Positions 1 through 8,215 of a stretch of DNA of 61,180 nt are shown piece after piece; position 1 is the first letter of the stretch, and every line of letters starts with the position of its first letter. Under the pieces are notes generated by a model. It was given only the letters and a program-made list of their open reading frames with translations, was not told the origin of the DNA and ran no database searches. The stretch spans positions 1 through 61,180 of the forward strand of contig JBHIBA010000001.1 in NCBI GenBank assembly GCA_046758845.1. The letters are read 5' to 3'. A program made the translations under genes and the position numbers. This stretch comes from Nitrospinota bacterium. Lineage in GTDB: Bacteria > UBA8248 > JACPRG01 > G963555815.

Positions 1-2417
1 GGCGCCTGCTTCATGATCTCCCACAAATAATGGGGACTGAGGGGGAGGTCGCGAATCCGGACGCCGAAGGGCCTCAGGGCATCCTCGACGGCATTGGCTA
101 GCGCGGGCGGCGGACCGACGGTTCCCGTCTCGCCGGACCCCTTGAAGCCCCCGGGTGTGAAGGGGTTGGGGGTGACGGTGTTGTCGAGGATCAGGGGGGG
201 CACCTCCATCGTCGTGGGGACGAAATAGTCCTTGAAATTCCCGTTCAGGAGCTGGCCCTCTTCGTTGTAGATCAGCTCTTCATAGAGAGCGCCTCCGAGC
301 CCGTGGAGCATAGCCCCCCGGTGTTGGCCCTCTACGATGGCGGGGTTCAGCATGACCCCGCAGTCATGGACGGAGACATATCTCAGGATCTTGACCTCCA
401 TCGTCTCACGGTCCACCTCCACCACGGCGACAATGGCGTCATAAGGGACGCTGGAGAACATCGCCACCCTTCCTTCCCCCACGGTTTCGAAGCTCACATT
501 GGGATCGCGATAGTGGTAAGTAATATCCAGCCCCGGGTCCATCCCCTCGGGGAGGCGCCAGATGGCCAGATAGGCCGTGTGGGCGATCTCGCGCAGGCTC
601 ACCCGCCGCGCGGGGTCCGATGCGCAGAAGGCGAATCCCTCCGCCAGGCTGATCTCGGAGTCGGGGGCGTCCAGGATGGCCGCGGCGATCTTGACCGCCT
701 TCTCCCGCAGCTTGCGCGCACCCATGATGGCGGCGGAGGCGCCCACGATGGCGAATCGGCTCGAGTAAGAGCCGGAACCGTATGGGCAACGGAGGGTGTC
801 CCCTTCCACGACGTGGACATCGGCGAAGTCGATGCCCAGCTCCTGCGAGACGAGCTGAGAGATGGCCGTGGCGTGCCCCTGTCCCTCGTCGTTGCCCCCA
901 GTGAAGACGTAGAGGGGTCCCGCCGGGTCCATGCGCATGCTGACGCTGTAGTAGCCCGCGTTGTATGACCCCTTCCGGGCCGAGCTGGAAGGCTCGATGA
1001 CCAGCGCCACTCCGATTCCCAGGTAGGTTCCCTCCTTGCGAAGCTCCTCCTGCCTTTTTCGGAACTGCTCATAGTCGGCCAACTTCAGGGCCTTCTTGAG
1101 GGCTTCGGCGTAGTTGCCGCTGTCGTAGCGGGTCCCCGTCACGGAGACGTAAGGGAAGTCCTCGGGCGGGACGAAGTTCTTCAGGCGAATCTCCGCCGGG
1201 TCCAGGTTCAGACGATGGGCGATGATGGACACGAGGCGTTCAATGGCGTAGGCCGCCTCGGACTTGCCGAATCCCCGGTGGGCCCCGAAGGGGGTCTTAT
1301 TGGTCACCACGCCGAAGAGCTCGCCTCGGTAGTTCGAGATCTTGTAGGCCCCCGGGACATACATGGCGCTGGTCACGATGGAGGCCAGGCCGCCCACCGG
1401 ATAGGCCGTGCCGACGTCGGCGATGATTCGGTCCGTGACCCCGAGAATCGTCCCGTCCTTCTTGACAGCGGCGGAGATGGAATGGACCTGCTCTCGGGCG
1501 TGGCTGGTGGCCACCATGTGCTCGCTGCGGGTCTCGATCCACCGGACGGGTCTGCCCGCCTTCATGGCGAGCACGGGAATGAGGGTCTCCTCCGGGTAAT
1601 ACCCCCATTTTTGTCCGAAGCCGCCCCCCACACGCCTGGAGATCACCCGGACCTTCAAGTGGGGAATGTCCAGGGTCTTTTGGAGGAGGGTGCTGATGAC
1701 GTGGGGGATCTGGGTGGAGTCCCAGACCTCGAGCAGGTCCGTGCCGGCGTCGTAACGGGCCATCACCACTCGCGTCTCGATGGGGGTCGAGGTGAAGCGG
1801 GAGCTGTAGATCTTCTCTTCAATGACGACGTCGGCCTCCTGAAAGGCCCGCTCCACGTCTCCGCCGGACACCCGGAAACGAAGCATGAGATTGTCCCCCC
1901 ACTCGTCGTATAGGAGGGGGCTCCCTGGCTCCAGGGCCGCCTCGGCATCGAGGACGGGGGGCAAGGGTTCGAACTCCGCTTCGATGAGGTCCAGGGCATC
2001 CTCCGCCACGTACTTGTCCGCAGCCACCACGGCGGCCACCGGCTCTCCGGAGAAGCGGACCCTGTCCTTCACCAAACAGTAGTGGTCGTGAAACTTGATG
2101 GAGGGGTTCCCCCCCTGAAAGGGGTCGCGGCTCTGGAACGGGAAAGGGGCGAGCGGCATGACGTAGGCGGGGAGGTCTTTCCCCGTCATCCCGATTATCA
2201 CCCCGGGCAGCTCCAGGGCTTTGCTCAGGTCTACCCTCTTGAGCCTGGCGTGGGCGTAAGGGCTGCGGAAGATCCCCGCGTGCAGCATTCCCGGAAGGTG
2301 GATGTCCCCCGTATACTCCACCTCGCCCACGAGGATGTCCCGGTCCTCCTTCCTCCGGACGGCTGTCCTCCGGACGGCTGTGCCGACGCTGCTCTTTGCC
2401 TCGCTCGGACCTTTCAT
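1..2417 (-). CDS. xanthine dehydrogenase / CoxL-family molybdopterin-binding large subunit, 3'-partial (runs off window start)
   Basis: Absent from the ORF track because there is no stop in the window. Own minus-strand translation from ATG 2417..2415 (AGGAGG 9 nt upstream) reads MKGPSEAKSS...DRDILVGEVEYTGDIHLPGMLHAGIFRSPYAHARLKRVD. In the parts I translated (2417..~2000 and ~1440..1) it is open, ending ...NAVEDALRPFGVRIRDLPLSPHYLWEIMKQA at base 1. Follows coxM/coxS/coxG-like genes. Active-site loop reads GAHRGFGKSEA (XDH-like RGFG). Confidence 0.85.
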   Translation of the reverse strand, partial: MKGPSEAKSSVGTAVRRTAVRRKEDRDILVGEVEYTGDIHLPGMLHAGIFRSPYAHARLKRVDLSKALELPGVIIGMTGKDLPAYVMPLAPFPFQSRDPFQGGNPSIKFHDHYCLVKDRVRFSGEPVAAVVAADKYVAEDALDLIEAEFEPLPPVLDAEAALEPGSPLLYDEWGDNLMLRFRVSGGDVERAFQEADVVIEEKIYSSRFTSTPIETRVVMARYDAGTDLLEVWDSTQIPHVISTLLQKTLDIPHLKVRVISRRVGGGFGQKWGYYPEETLIPVLAMKAGRPVRWIETRSEHMVATSHAREQVHSISAAVKKDGTILGVTDRIIADVGTAYPVGGLASIVTSAMYVPGAYKISNYRGELFGVVTNKTPFGAHRGFGKSEAAYAIERLVSIIAHRLNLDPAEIRLKNFVPPEDFPYVSVTGTRYDSGNYAEALKKALKLADYEQFRKRQEELRKEGTYLGIGVALVIEPSSSARKGSYNAGYYSVSMRMDPAGPLYVFTGGNDEGQGHATAISQLVSQELGIDFADVHVVEGDTLRCPYGSGSYSSRFAIVGASAAIMGARKLREKAVKIAAAILDAPDSEISLAEGFAFCASDPARRVSLREIAHTAYLAIWRLPEGMDPGLDITYHYRDPNVSFETVGEGRVAMFSSVPYDAIVAVVEVDRETMEVKILRYVSVHDCGVMLNPAIVEGQHRGAMLHGLGGALYEELIYNEEGQLLNGNFKDYFVPTTMEVPPLILDNTVTPNPFTPGGFKGSGETGTVGPPPALANAVEDALRPFGVRIRDLPLSPHYLWEIMKQA

Positions 2418-2455
2418 CGGATTCGACCTCCTTTCGGCGGCGCAGCCACCGGGGC

Positions 2456-2908
2456 TCAGGCTCCAGGATTGGCGATCCCGGCCCTTATGCCCTCGACAAA
2501 TCGGACGATGTTCTTTTTGGCCAAAGGCTCCAGCAGCCCTCCCGCCACGGAGGCCAGGGTTCCCCCGACGCGGGCCAGACCCCGCCACTTCACGCGCGTC
2601 TCTCCGTCCCCCGACTGGAGATGAAAGCCGGCCTCAACGTCGAAGGAGTTCCCCGTCATCGAGCCCTGGGCCATGAACTTTGCGGACTCAGGCCGGTTGG
2701 CCTCCGCGAGGGTGAGCCTCACGGTGGCTGTTCCCCGGATGAAGGAGATGCCCACCCGGAGCTTCAGTGTGGCGTTTCGCGGGTCCTTGACCTCGACGCT
2801 CTGAAGGTCGGGAAGGCGCCCGGAGACCTGGCCGAGGTCAGTCAGGTAGCCGAAGACGGCCTCCCTGTCCCGGGGGACTGTGAATTCTCCTTCCAGTTCG
2901 ATGGCCAT
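2456..2908 (-). CDS. CoxG-like SRPBCC-fold protein (CO dehydrogenase subunit G family)
   Basis: 150-aa ORF MAIELEGEFTVPRDREAVFGYLTDL..., typical CoxG/SRPBCC. Located between the small- and large-subunit genes. Confidence 0.8.
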   Translation of the reverse strand: MAIELEGEFTVPRDREAVFGYLTDLGQVSGRLPDLQSVEVKDPRNATLKLRVGISFIRGTATVRLTLAEANRPESAKFMAQGSMTGNSFDVEAGFHLQSGDGETRVKWRGLARVGGTLASVAGGLLEPLAKKNIVRFVEGIRAGIANPGA

Positions 2909-2948
2909 GCGCCCTCCAGAACTTGAGCGTCGCCGGTGAGCCCGCCGG

Positions 2949-3449
2949 CTAACCCTTCTTCGGCCGCATCGTCTCCGCCGCGGAGAGGATGGCCATGACG
3001 ATGTTGTGATATCCGGTGCAACGGCAGAGATTCCCCACCAATCCCCATTTCACCTCCTCCTGCGTGGGCGAAGGGTTCTTGGAGAGGAGGTGGTAGGCCG
3101 ACATGACCATTCCCGCCGTGCAGTAGCCGCATTGCAGGCCGTGATGCTCCCAGAAGGCTTCCTGGATCGGATGGAGCTTTCCATCCACGGCCAATCCCTC
3201 GATGGTGAGGACCTTGCGCCCGTCCGCCTGGACCGCGAACATGGTGCAGGACTTGGTGCTCACGTCATCCACGATGACCGTGCAGGCCCCGCAACTGGTC
3301 GTATCGCATCCGATTTGGGGACCCCTGAAGCCCAGCCTGTCCCGTAGGAAGTCGATCAGGAGCATCCGGGGCTCGACCTCCGCCTCGAAGACCTTCCCGT
3401 TCACGGTTACGCTGATCTTGACCCGGTCGCTTTCGGCTGTGTCCGTCAT
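2949..3449 (-). CDS. (2Fe-2S)-binding small subunit of molybdo-flavoprotein dehydrogenase (CoxS-like)
   Basis: Cluster motifs GCDTTSCGACTV and CGYCTAGM...CRCTGY. Start moved to Met9 (ATG 3449..3447), which forms an ATGA overlap with the coxM-like stop 3446..3448. Confidence 0.9.
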   Translation of the reverse strand: MTDTAESDRVKISVTVNGKVFEAEVEPRMLLIDFLRDRLGFRGPQIGCDTTSCGACTVIVDDVSTKSCTMFAVQADGRKVLTIEGLAVDGKLHPIQEAFWEHHGLQCGYCTAGMVMSAYHLLSKNPSPTQEEVKWGLVGNLCRCTGYHNIVMAILSAAETMRPKKG

Positions 3450-4330
3450 CCTTGGGTCTCCTCCCCTCGGCACCGCCGAAGGGCCAAATTCAAGGCGCGC
3501 TTGACCAGCACCTGGATCATTTCCCGCTTGTAAGTCGCAGGTCCCCGGACGTCCGAGACGGGCTCGGCGGCCTTGGCGGCCTCGGCGGCTGCGGCGAGGA
3601 TTGCCTCCTCAGAGGGTTTCTCGCCCCCCAGGATCTTCTCGGCCTCTACCGGCTGCAGGGGGATCAGGCCGGCGCCCGCGAGGCCGAGACCCACTTCCCG
3701 GCAGACCCCGTCTTCACCCAGGACGACCTGGGCGGCCGCGCTGACCACGCAATAATCCCCGGCGCGCCGCTTGAGGGACAAGTAGGCCCCTCCCGCCTTC
3801 CCTTCGACGCCTGGAATGCGAACCTCGGTCAGGACGTTCCCACCCTCCAGGACAGTCGTGAATGCGTCGAGGAAAAAGTCCTTGCAGGGAACCGTGGCAT
3901 TCCCGCCAGGACCCTGGTAGCCGATCTCCGCCTTGAGGGCGAGGCAGACGGGACCCCAGTCGCCCGAAGGGTCCGCCTCTGCCAGGGCCCCCCCGAGGGT
4001 GCCCCAGTTGCGAACCTGGACGTCCCCAATCACGCGGGCGGCCTCTCGCATGAGCGGGAATCGTTCCTGGACCAGAGCAGAGGTCTCGATTTCCACGTGG
4101 CGGGTCAGAGGCCCGAGGACGAGACCCCCGCCATTTTCCTTGATGTAACTGAGGCCCGGAAGCCGGTTGATGTCGATGAGGGAGGCCGGACTGGCAAGGC
4201 GGAGCTTCATCAGGGGTATGAGGCTTATCCCCCCGGCAAGCACCCTCGCCTCATCGCCAAGCGCGGCCAGAAGCTCCACGGCCTCGTCAACCGATTCAGC
4301 CCGCAAGTACTTGAAGCGTCTTGGATACAT
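3446..4330 (-). CDS. FAD-binding medium subunit of molybdo-flavoprotein dehydrogenase (CoxM-like)
   Basis: 294-aa ORF with an FAD-binding PCMH-type N-terminus (LAGGISLIPLMKLRLA) and a flavoprotein C-terminal domain. First gene of the M-S-G-L series. Confidence 0.9.
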   Translation of the reverse strand: MYPRRFKYLRAESVDEAVELLAALGDEARVLAGGISLIPLMKLRLASPASLIDINRLPGLSYIKENGGGLVLGPLTRHVEIETSALVQERFPLMREAARVIGDVQVRNWGTLGGALAEADPSGDWGPVCLALKAEIGYQGPGGNATVPCKDFFLDAFTTVLEGGNVLTEVRIPGVEGKAGGAYLSLKRRAGDYCVVSAAAQVVLGEDGVCREVGLGLAGAGLIPLQPVEAEKILGGEKPSEEAILAAAAEAAKAAEPVSDVRGPATYKREMIQVLVKRALNLALRRCRGEETQG

Positions 4331-4402
4331 TCTTCTTTTTCCTCCAGGGGTTGGGGATCGCCCCTTCCCCGGCCGCTGACCGAGTGCTGGGCGCCCTCAG
4401 GC

Positions 4403-5170
4403 TCATCCCTTCCTTTTGAGGGCGTTTGCCGTCGCCTCCCGGATTTCCTCGTGAGTAATGGTGGATGCCAGCGTCGGGACGGCGTGCCTGAGGGCCTGTT
4501 CGTAGCCCAGGTCGGCCATCTCCCGGAAAGACTGCTTGATGAGGCGGAGCGACACTCTCGTCTTGTCGAGGAAATCTCTCTTGAGCCCCTCGACCCCGTC
4601 ATCCAGCTGCCCGGGGGGGAAGACACGGTTTACGAGTCCGTACTCCATCGCCTCCGTCGCGGAGATGGGGCAGCCCAGGGCGACGAGCTCGAAGGCTTTC
4701 CGCGTGGGCATGAGCCTGGGCAACTTTGCGATGATGATGGCGGGAGGAATTCCGGCGTCGATCTCAGGTAAGCGAAGGGTCGCGTTCTCAGCGGCGACCA
4801 CCATGTCGCAGTTCAGGGTCAGGCCGGCCCCGGCCCCCTCGATCCTGCCCTGGGCCACCGCCAGGGTCGGAGCGGGAAACTCGTAAAGAAGCCGGTTGGT
4901 CAGGATAATCCCCTGAAAGACCCGGCGTTGCTCCCAGGGAGAAAGCTCGAGTTGCCTCTCATAGGCTTCCCTGTCCCTCCCTACGCTGAAGTCCTCTCCC
5001 GCGCCGCGCAGGATGAGCAGCCGGAGGTCTTCGGAGGAGGAGAGTTCCCGCAGATGGTCCCGGAGCAGCTCGGCCATGTCCCGGTTGATGGCGTTTCGGT
5101 GTTCCGGGCGGTTTAGCGTCAGGGTGGCAATCGTATCCTCTACCTGGACCAGAACGGCTGCTTCGGACAT
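4403..5170 (-). CDS. enoyl-CoA hydratase/isomerase (crotonase) family protein
   Basis: 255 aa; ...IATLTLNRPEHRNAINRDMAELL...LRGAGEDFSVGRD... is the classic crotonase N-terminal signature. Confidence 0.85.
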   Translation of the reverse strand: MSEAAVLVQVEDTIATLTLNRPEHRNAINRDMAELLRDHLRELSSSEDLRLLILRGAGEDFSVGRDREAYERQLELSPWEQRRVFQGIILTNRLLYEFPAPTLAVAQGRIEGAGAGLTLNCDMVVAAENATLRLPEIDAGIPPAIIIAKLPRLMPTRKAFELVALGCPISATEAMEYGLVNRVFPPGQLDDGVEGLKRDFLDKTRVSLRLIKQSFREMADLGYEQALRHAVPTLASTITHEEIREATANALKRKG

Positions 5171-5197
5171 GGATCTCTTCCCCTTTTAGGGGCCCGG

Positions 5198-5782
5198 CTA
5201 AGACCACAGGCCCTTCTCGATGCACCCTGCCTTCGAGGCCAGGACCCGGTGCTTCGCTTCTTCTTTCGTAACCTGCCGGGACCTCACGAGGATAAATAAA
5301 ACTAGCGTGAACCCCAGGACAACGGGGCCGTGGGGAATTACCATAGGGATCTCCGAGACGGCGCCCTTCCAACCTGTTCCCGCCAGGAAGCGAAAAAGTT
5401 TGGAGGAATGATAGACCACGAAACCCCAGAACGCGAGGAAGGACAGGTTGATAAAGAGGTTGACGCTCCACTTGATCCGAGACGGGACGAGATGGTAGAT
5501 GGCCTCCATCTTCAAGCGGCGACCGAGCCGCGTGACAAGCGTCGCCCCCAGTATGACGGTCCAGGCCATTGCAGAAGTGAGGATCTCCTCCGCCCAGATG
5601 ATAAGCCGGAGGAATACGTAACGGCTGATGGCGTTGGACTCGATCTTCTGGATGGTGGTGAAGGAAACGCCGGTCAGGTCGGCGAGCTCTCGGAGGGACA
5701 TGCCCGCCTGTTTGCGCAACCGGCTGATCCGTTCGCCGAGTCGGACAATCCGCTGATCGACGTTGAGGTTCTCGCTCGCCAT
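5198..5782 (-). CDS. chimeric ORF: XRE-type HTH N-terminus fused to a TRAP small-permease (DctQ)-like membrane domain
   Basis: Residues ~10-53 (RLGERISRLRKQAGMSLRELADLTGVSFTTIQKIESNAIS) are Cro/C1-type HTH. The remainder (RYVFLRLIIWAEEILTSAMAWTVILGATLVTRLGRRLKMEAIYHLVPSR... plus further TM segments) looks like DctQ lacking its first TM. No dctP/dctM nearby. Confidence 0.55.
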   Translation of the reverse strand: MASENLNVDQRIVRLGERISRLRKQAGMSLRELADLTGVSFTTIQKIESNAISRYVFLRLIIWAEEILTSAMAWTVILGATLVTRLGRRLKMEAIYHLVPSRIKWSVNLFINLSFLAFWGFVVYHSSKLFRFLAGTGWKGAVSEIPMVIPHGPVVLGFTLVLFILVRSRQVTKEEAKHRVLASKAGCIEKGLWS

Positions 5783-5859
5783 TCCGCCTCGATCCGGGCG
5801 CCGGAAAGAGACCCGGCCGTTGACTCCGCTGGAAACCCGCCTGTAAGATGCGTGATTCG

Positions 5860-5888
5860 CTTGTACCGGATAAGAAACTCCTTGTCAA
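5860..5888 (-). promoter_or_regulatory. candidate sigma70-type promoter for the HTH::DctQ ORF
   Basis: On the minus strand: TTGACA (5888..5883), 17-nt spacer, TACAAG (5865..5860), ~80 nt upstream of ATG 5782. The -10 is weak. Confidence 0.25.
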
Positions 5889-6113
5889 CGAAATTTTAAT
5901 ACACATCCACCGAAATCAGACTCCATCTGGCGGCTGAGGTATTGGGCGATATAAGCCACACCCGTGATGAGCTTGCTCCATGTTTTAATGGCTTTCGGCC
6001 GAGCAAGAGGTACCCCCTGGCGTCACGAACGGCCTCTCAACCTTGCCCTCATTACTTAACGGGCTTCAAAGGCAAGGGGCAGATCTGTCAGCCGCTGCCC
6101 ACCCTGGAGAACC

Positions 6114-7427
6114 TCAGCCAAGGGCCTCTTGCTCGAAGGGGAACAGGTCGAAGACGATGTACCCGTCCCGGGTCACGACGAGGTTGTTCTCAAGCCTCAC
6201 GCTAAACTCCTCTCCCGGGTCTCCCGCCCAGGTTTCCACCGCCAGATACATGTTTTCCTGCAGCTCTTGGGGATAATCGAGGGAGAACCCCCTGGAGACC
6301 CAGAACCCTTCGTACAATCCCTGGCCGATGGTGTGGGCAAACTGGACAAGGGAGCAGGTCTTGTACTTGTCGTCATAGTATTCGGGCCATGCCCCCGCGA
6401 TATCGGCGGTGGAGGACCCGGCCTTGATCTTCTCAAGCGACCTCTGAAGCAGGTCGTAGCAGACCTTGTAGACCTCCTTCTGCTTGGAGGTCATTTCGTC
6501 GGCCACAACCCACGATCGGCAAAGGTCCTGGATATAGCCATAGTAGTGGTTGGAATTCAGGTCGAGGATGATCATGTCGCCCTGGCGGATGAGTTTGTCG
6601 GTGAAAGCCCGGATGTAAGGGTTGGTATTTCCTCCCGAGGCAACGTTGGTTCCCCATGCGTGCTGGACTCCGCACTGGTAGAGGAAATCCACGACCTTTC
6701 CCAGAACTTCCCGCTCGCGAACCCCGGGTTTGGCAAACTCATACTTGGCCTTCCAGTACGCCATATCGCCGATTGCTGCCGCCACCTTCAGCATTTCGAG
6801 TTCGTCCCGGTTCTTGATATATCGCGCCTCGTTGATGGCCTGGCCGGCGGGGACCACCTTCAAGTTCATCTCCTGGGCGATTACCAGGGCTCCAGGGTCG
6901 ACAAAATCGACGCCCACGGGATCCTTCACGACGTCCACCCCGCCCTCCCTGCACTCCGACTGGATCTGCTCCCAGTACCTTCGACAGATCGGCTGAAACC
7001 CGTCGGCCGTGTAGCGATAGGTGATGGCCGGCCGAAGGCGGCCTTCCATCCAGGGGCAGTACAGCTGGGTCACGTGGCTATCCAAGCCCACCGTGTCGAA
7101 GAGGATCGGCCAATTGTCATCGTGGAAAACCAGGGCGTATCGGCTGTTGTTGTTTCCCTTCCAGGCATAGTCCCAGGTCCCCGTGGCATAGCGGATGTTG
7201 TCGCCGATGTTCACAAGGAGAGCCGAAAGGTTGAACTTCTTCATCGCCCATCTCAAGCGGCCAAGGCGGTACTCTCTCAACCTCTGGAAGTTCACCCTTT
7301 CCTGAAAATCGACCCCGTCCGTCCCGAACAGGTGTCGCGCGGAATATTCGTGCCGGAAGCCCGTGCTGAAAAAGTCCCAGCCTTTTTCTTTCTTGGCCAA
7401 AGATTCACCAATTGTTGGACTTGGCAT
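6114..7427 (-). CDS. M24-family metallo-enzyme (Xaa-Pro peptidase/creatinase fold, DddP-like architecture)
   Basis: 437 aa. Creatinase-type N-domain (LREYRLGRLRWAMKK...NIRYATG) plus a pita-bread domain. Putative metal ligands are retained (ILDLN, QDLCRSW, FAHTIG, LAVETW, VRLENN). Confidence 0.85.
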   Translation of the reverse strand: MPSPTIGESLAKKEKGWDFFSTGFRHEYSARHLFGTDGVDFQERVNFQRLREYRLGRLRWAMKKFNLSALLVNIGDNIRYATGTWDYAWKGNNNSRYALVFHDDNWPILFDTVGLDSHVTQLYCPWMEGRLRPAITYRYTADGFQPICRRYWEQIQSECREGGVDVVKDPVGVDFVDPGALVIAQEMNLKVVPAGQAINEARYIKNRDELEMLKVAAAIGDMAYWKAKYEFAKPGVREREVLGKVVDFLYQCGVQHAWGTNVASGGNTNPYIRAFTDKLIRQGDMIILDLNSNHYYGYIQDLCRSWVVADEMTSKQKEVYKVCYDLLQRSLEKIKAGSSTADIAGAWPEYYDDKYKTCSLVQFAHTIGQGLYEGFWVSRGFSLDYPQELQENMYLAVETWAGDPGEEFSVRLENNLVVTRDGYIVFDLFPFEQEALG

Positions 7428-7771
7428 CTGTCTACCCCTTTTCAGGTTGCCCCCCGGCCTTCGTCACGCCGCCGGCCCTCACGAGGGCCTTCTTCCATTT
7501 CGTGACAACAGGAAAGACTGGATCGGCCTTAAGGAAGAATTCAGGGTTTCCCGCGGTTGATGTGTTTCGGTTGTAGCCGGGCAGGTCCTCTCACAACTCT
7601 TGCGGCTGAAGTTCGACTGCGCCATCGGAATATCGCCGAACACAAGCCTTCTTGTTCTCTTCGGGATCGAAAACGGAATGGAAAACCCCTTTCGTAATTT
7701 CGCCCCAATCCTCTTGCGCTGACATGATCTAGATCAGCCGCTGCGGCCTCCGAACCCGAAAAAACAATCCA

Positions 7772-8071
7772 TTGATCCGGAATTTCCCGTTTTCCCCTGA
7801 ACGGAAGGCCTCCCCAGTCCTCTTTGCCGGAAAAAATCATATGACCCCCTTCCGATGGGCTTGTCAACAGCCTTCCAAGCCTCCGCAACAGGGGGCTGAC
7901 GGCATGGTGATCATCCGCGCCGGTTCGCTGGCCGAGGCGAAGGAGATCGCCGCCTCCGATCCGATGCACAAGAGCGGGGCGCGCTCGTTCACCGTTCGGC
8001 CATGGCTGATGAACGAGGGCGCCGTGACGATCAAACTCTCATTTTCCGACGGAAAAATGGAGGTAATGTAA
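7772..8071 (+). pseudogene. YciI-like protein, probably N-terminally degraded
   Basis: The C-terminal half GMVIIRAGSLAEAKEIAASDPMHKSGARSFTVRPWLMNEG matches the YciI-family core. The N-terminal 44 residues do not. A YciI-like SLRNRGL segment lies in another frame just upstream. Confidence 0.4.
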
Positions 8072-8215
8072 GCCCGTCATCCTCGCCTGATCAGGGGTTT
8101 TACGCGCCCAATGGGAAAGCCGGCCTTTTCGAACAGGCAGGCGAAAAGTTCAGACCCGGAGCGAGAGAAGTTTCCAGGGTAATCTCCTGTCGCCGGAGTC
8201 AACGACCACTCAAGA

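Noticed and set aside
1-4330. Calling the locus an aerobic carbon monoxide dehydrogenase (coxMSL)
   Set aside because: The large-subunit loop reads HRGFGKSE rather than the CSFR or GAGR signatures. Only the generic XDH-family call is supported.
3452-4771. 439-aa plus-strand ORF
   Set aside because: It is antisense to the well-supported coxM-like and crotonase genes. It is Arg/Gly/Pro/Leu-rich with no motifs, a typical high-GC shadow ORF.
6129-7505. 458-aa plus-strand ORF
   Set aside because: It exactly shadows the M24 gene on the opposite strand. It has no recognisable domains and a composition typical of the antisense frame.
7541-7969. 142-aa minus-strand ORF and a 44-codon minus ORF (start ~7726) in the YciI region
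   Set aside because: They have no family similarity and overlap the YciI-like remnant. The area looks degraded, so no coding call was made.
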